A stretch of DNA of 64,000 nucleotides. Origin: Octopus sinensis. Lineage: Eukaryota. The notes under the pieces are model-generated. The model ran no database searches and was not told the DNA's origin. It worked only from the letters and a program-made list of their open reading frames with translations. Below are positions 59,458 to 64,000 of this stretch, piece by piece (position 1 is the first letter of the stretch; each line of letters opens with the position of its first letter). The translations under genes were made by a program, and so were the position numbers. The stretch lies in the NCBI RefSeq assembly GCF_006345805.1, contig NC_043025.1:6572001-6636000 (forward strand). The letters are read 5' to 3'.

Positions 59458-60886
59458 GCAGGTCATCCCATAAGTTCTGTCTGAATTTTGAATAAAGAAA
59501 ACAAGTGATCAAATGTTATATTTAATTGAAATTTAATCATCAATGTACCTTCCCTGATTATCTATGACTTCCTTCCATCTATTTACAAGCTTTTTAATCC
59601 CATCAATGTTAAAACTCTTTTGGTTTCAAAGCGAAGAACTCTGAAATGTCAGTTTCAACCTCCTTCTGGCCTGCGAAAGTTATGTCCCCCAAATGATTCT
59701 GTAAACTTCAAAACAAATGGTAGCCTGAAGGAGCAAGGTTGGGAGAATAAGGTGAATGAGGAATTTTTTCCCAACCAAGCTCTTCGATCTTCTGTGATGT
59801 GATGTTTGCAGTGTGGGGTTACACATTATCTAATGAAACATCACTCCTTTTTGATTCACTAAAGCGGGTTTCTTTTCTTCAAAGCTTGGTTCAAATGCTC
59901 TAATTGTTGACAGTAAACTTGAGCATTGATTGTTACATTAGGTGGTAACAATTCAGAGTGAATTTGCAATCCCACCAGATAGAGAGAAGAACCTTTTTCC
60001 CATGAAGTTCCCTTCTTGATTGTGGTTGAGCTTTTTCCCTTTTACCAAGCCACTGTTTACGACGTTTAACATTTTGATAGAAGATCCATTTTTCATCACC
60101 AGTCACAAGTCTATCCAAAAAGGGTGAAATGAGTTCATGAGAATGGAGAGAAGTGTAGCTGTCAACTCGGGATTTGCGGTTGCTTTCGGACAATTCATGA
60201 GGCACCCATTTTCCAAGTTTAGGAACCTTTCCAAGTTGTTGAAGATGACAATGAACAGTTGTATGGTTTGAACTAAGCTTTATTGCCAATTCTTCAACTG
60301 ATAATGCAGGATTTTCTTCAAGTAATGGCCTCAAGGAGATTATCATCAAACTCAACTGGATGTCCTGTTTGATCTTCATCTTCAATGCTGAAATCTCCAC
60401 TTCTGGATTTTGCAAACCATCTTCTGCAAGTTCTTTCATTCAAGCATTCTTTACCATAAACTTAGTGTATGTTTCAAGTCGCTTCGGCTGCAGAGTTTCC
60501 TTTTTTGTACTCATAAAGCATTATGTGCCTTAAATGCTCTTTGGATACTTTCATGTTAGAAAGGGTTTTAATCAAAGAAATTTTAATTTTAATTTAATCA
60601 ACTTACTAGGGTCGATGAAATAAGTACCACTTATGCACTGGGGTCGATATAATCGACTTAATTTGTTTGTCAGTCCTTGTTTGTCCCCCCTGTGTGTAGC
60701 CCCTTGTGGGCAGTAAAGAAATAAGAAATTTTAATTCTATTATTCAGTAAAATAATATTTAATTAGTTTAAATGTACACAAATGCATAAAAATAATTTTT
60801 AATTCCATTAGACTTTCTAAAATACTATTAAATTTCATTCAATTTTAAAAAAGGTAAAATCAGACAGAACTTATGGGATGATCTGA
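59458..60886 (-). mobile_element. Full-length degenerate mariner transposon
   Basis: ~30-bp TIRs CAG(G/A)TCATCCCATAAGTTCTGTCTGA with TA on both sides. Transposase pseudogene ~60554-59533 (MKVSKEHLRHIMLYE..WVPHELS..VTGDEKW..PHSPYS). SINE D fragment inserted at 60606-60725. Confidence 0.9.
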
Positions 60887-60887
60887 T

Positions 60888-60892
60888 AGATG

Positions 60893-60961
<69 letters not shown>

Positions 60962-61622
60962 GTAGGTAGGTATGTAGATAGGTAGATAGATTGATAGATA
61001 TGTTTCTTTATTAGCCACACAGGGCTGCACACAGATAGAACAAATTACAAGGTAGAGCTTTTCTTTTGAAGGTTTAAAAAAAAAAAAAAAGGGAAGGGGG
61101 AGTTTCGATCAAAAGGGATCGTAAAAGGAGAGAAAGAGGACAAAAAAAGGGGGGGTAAAAAAAAAAAAAAAAGGGGGAGAGGAAAAAAAATTGATCAATA
61201 GGGATCGTTATCACAGAAATGTCAATATGAAGTGTAAAGGGGAGGACAGGTGAGGTTTACCCGTGGAAAGAAAAGCCTACGGAAAAGACCACGGTAACCT
61301 CGGTCAATGAAGTCACATTTTATATTTCTTTTTTTTTTTTTTTTTTTTTGCAAATAAGCAACTCTCTGTTTTCGATTTCTGGGTTCATAGGACTATGCTC
61401 AAGGTGGCTTCGTCATTCATACGTGCCATTCTTGCTACATTCACCCATCTTTTTTTAAAACATTCGCTAGACAAAACTTGCCTCTCTACTCTCACTTTCC
61501 TTTTCAAGTGGTACTTGAAGAAGTTGATGAGAGATTGACCAGAGAGGAAAGTGTTTGTCTCCAATCCTTTCAGACGCGTCCACCAGATACATTCTTTCGC
61601 CATAGCCACAAGGATGATGAAA

Positions 61623-61656
<34 letters not shown>

Positions 61657-61657
61657 G

Positions 61658-61723
<66 letters not shown>

Positions 61724-61771
61724 AGATAGGTAGGTAGGTAGGTATGTAGATAGGTAGATAGATTGATAGAC

Positions 61772-61803
<32 letters not shown>

Positions 61804-61804
61804 G

Positions 61805-61845
<41 letters not shown>

Positions 61846-61944
61846 GTAGGTAGGTAGGTAGGTAGATAGATAGATTGATAGATAGGTAGGTAGGTAGGTA
61901 GGTAGGTAGGTAGGTAGATAGATAGATAGATAGATAGATAGATG

Positions 61945-61978
<34 letters not shown>

Positions 61979-62030
61979 GTAGGTAGGTTAGATAGGTAGA
62001 TAGATTGATAGATAGATAGATAGATAGATG

Positions 62031-62084
<54 letters not shown>

Positions 62085-62127
62085 GGTAGGTAGGTAGGTA
62101 TGTAGATAGGTAGATAGATTGATAGAC

Positions 62128-62179
<52 letters not shown>

Positions 62180-62204
62180 GGATAGATAGATAGATAGATA
62201 GATA
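60888..62204. repeat. (GATA)n/(GGTA)n compound microsatellite interrupted by a LINE 3' end
   Basis: Tracts at 60888-61000 and 61624-62204. Confidence 0.95.
61000..61626 (-). mobile_element. 5'-truncated copy of the Tx1/L1-type LINE 3' end
   Basis: Near identical to 62204-62839; AATAAA then (TATC)n tail; 5' junction at ATAG microhomology. Confidence 0.9.
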
Positions 62205-64000
62205 TGTTTCTTTATTAGCCACACAGGGCTGCACACAGATAGAACAAATTACAAGGTAGAGCTTTTCTTTTGAAGGTATTAAAAAAAAAAAAAAAAAAAA
62301 AGGAAGGGGAGGTTCGATCAAAAGGGATCGTAAAAGGAGAGAAGAGGACAAAAATAAGGGGGGTTAAAAAAAAAAAAAAAAAGGGGGGGGGGAGAGGAAA
62401 AAAAATGATCAATAGGGATCGTTATCACAGAAATGTCAATATGAAGTGTAAAGGGGAGGACAGGTGAGGTTTACCCGTGGAAAGAAAAGCCTGCGGAAAA
62501 GACCACGGTAACCTCGGTCAATGAAGTCACATTTTATATTTCTTTTTTTTTTTTTTTTTTTTTGCAATAAGCAACTCTCTGTTTTCGATTTCTGGGTTCA
62601 TAGGACTATGCTCAAGGTGGCTTCGTCATTCATACGTGCCATTCTTGCTACATTCACCCATCTTTTTTTAAAACATTCGCTAGACAAAACTTGCCTCTCT
62701 ACTCTCACTTTCCTTTTCAAGTGGTACTTGAAGAAGTTGATGAGAGATTGACCAGAGAGGAAAGTGTTTGTCTCCAATCCTTTCAGACGCGTCCACCAGA
62801 TACATTCTTTCGCCATAGCCACAAGGATGATGAAAATAGCTCTTCCTTCCCGTTTGAAGGAAGGAGGCGTGACAATATTGACGATAGACTCAGCTGATAA
62901 ACCGACTCGTCCCACACGTGACAGCAGTTGTTCGACATAAGCCACAGGTCGGAAATTGTTGGACACTGAACGAGTGCGTGCAGAACGGTTTCGTCGCTCT
63001 GACCGCATCTCGGGCAGGTCGGCCCCGTGTTTCTCGAGCCGTGTCTGTAGAGCTTATCCGAACGGGTAGCGCTTCTCGGTAGCACTGCCAGGCCAGGGAT
63101 CTCTGGAAGTTGTCCATGGGCCCTGGCCCGAAAGTCGTCCCGAACAGGCGGGTCAGGTACTCCTCGTCGACGTCCAGGTTCGCCCCGAGCTCGTCGTCGT
63201 ACCTCCCCTCCACTAAACCCCTATAGAATGCTTTGGTTGTGTTGAAGTCACTTAAGGTCGACCCAGGACGGCAGAGTTGCTTGAGAGCAACGCGACACTC
63301 GCGATGCCATTCGCCCTTCCTCGGCCTCTTTTTGATCTACAATTGCATTTCGGTCAAGGAGACGAGCTGCGGGAACGCGTGCCTCACAAACGGTGACCAC
63401 ACCTGTTCACCGTCGTCTACAAGAGCCTGAGATGTCGCAGTCTCAGCGCATGTCTGCGCATCATCAACCACGGCATGCCCAGCCCTCCTTTTAACGGGTG
63501 TTGACAGCAAATGGATCGCCTGACCATCGGGACGCATCCTTTCCACAAGAAGCGAAAGAGGATGCGTTGTAGTTTGGTGATGGTAGGGTCGGGACAAGGT
63601 ACGACGGTCAGGCGGTAGTAGATGACGGACGCGATGTACGTGTTCGCCACCTCCGCTCGACCTTTTAGGGACAGTTTCCTCTCGGCCCATTGCCGGGCGA
63701 GAGTGACCACCCTACTCGTTATCTCGTTCCAGTTCTTCTCCACTTGGAGGTCCGGACCAAACCAGACCCCGAGCAACTCAACCGGGCCGTCGGTCCAGCG
63801 TCCCACGACGGAGGCGCTGGTGGACGGCATGGGCTTGCTTCTCCAGGTGCCTAGTCGCAAGCCCACTGACTTTTCCCGGTTGATTTTCGCTCCTGTCACC
63901 GCTTCGTAGTTTTTCAGTGTCTCGCCGACCAGTTCGATGTGCTCGTGGCTAGACACTATGACGGTGACGTCGTCCGCGTATGCAGACACGCTCGTCCCGC
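62204..64000 (-). mobile_element. Tx1/L1-clade non-LTR retrotransposon (ORF2 RT and CCHC finger, 3'UTR), runs off the window
   Basis: AYADDVTV..GAKINREKS..LLGVWFG..LSLKGR..KGGLGMP; CPRCGQSDETVLHALVQC; ORF2 stop at 62598; GC- and CpG-rich; three 1-nt frameshifts and one TAG. Confidence 0.9.

Overview
This is AT-rich, microsatellite-dense eukaryotic DNA. The SINE and LINE families and repeat style point to an octopus (coleoid cephalopod) long-read assembly (inference); there is a 100-N gap at 2730-2829. Most of the window is repeats: a ~12.4-kb 67-bp satellite that expanded inside a retroelement copy, 31-bp and 55-bp minisatellites, at least four SINE families, CR1/L2-, RTE-, R4/Dong- and Tx1/L1-type LINE fragments, three mariner remnants (one full length with TIRs), hAT, piggyBac and other MITEs, and a non-autonomous Helitron. 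One clear host gene is present: a 426-aa CDS contained in a single exon (48384-49664, minus strand) with a divergent N-terminal PTB/PID-like domain. The most notable observation is at 20590-21770: a ~480-490-nt head-to-tail repeat unit carrying a complete type I hammerhead ribozyme with an unusually long stem II (retrozyme-like), arranged as a ~1.2-kb fold-back palindrome inside (TA)n. Penelope-type minimal hammerhead motifs and smaller fold-backs of the same outward-pointing geometry occur nearby. No rRNA, true tRNA or CRISPR array was found. Many SINE and LINE boundaries are approximate.
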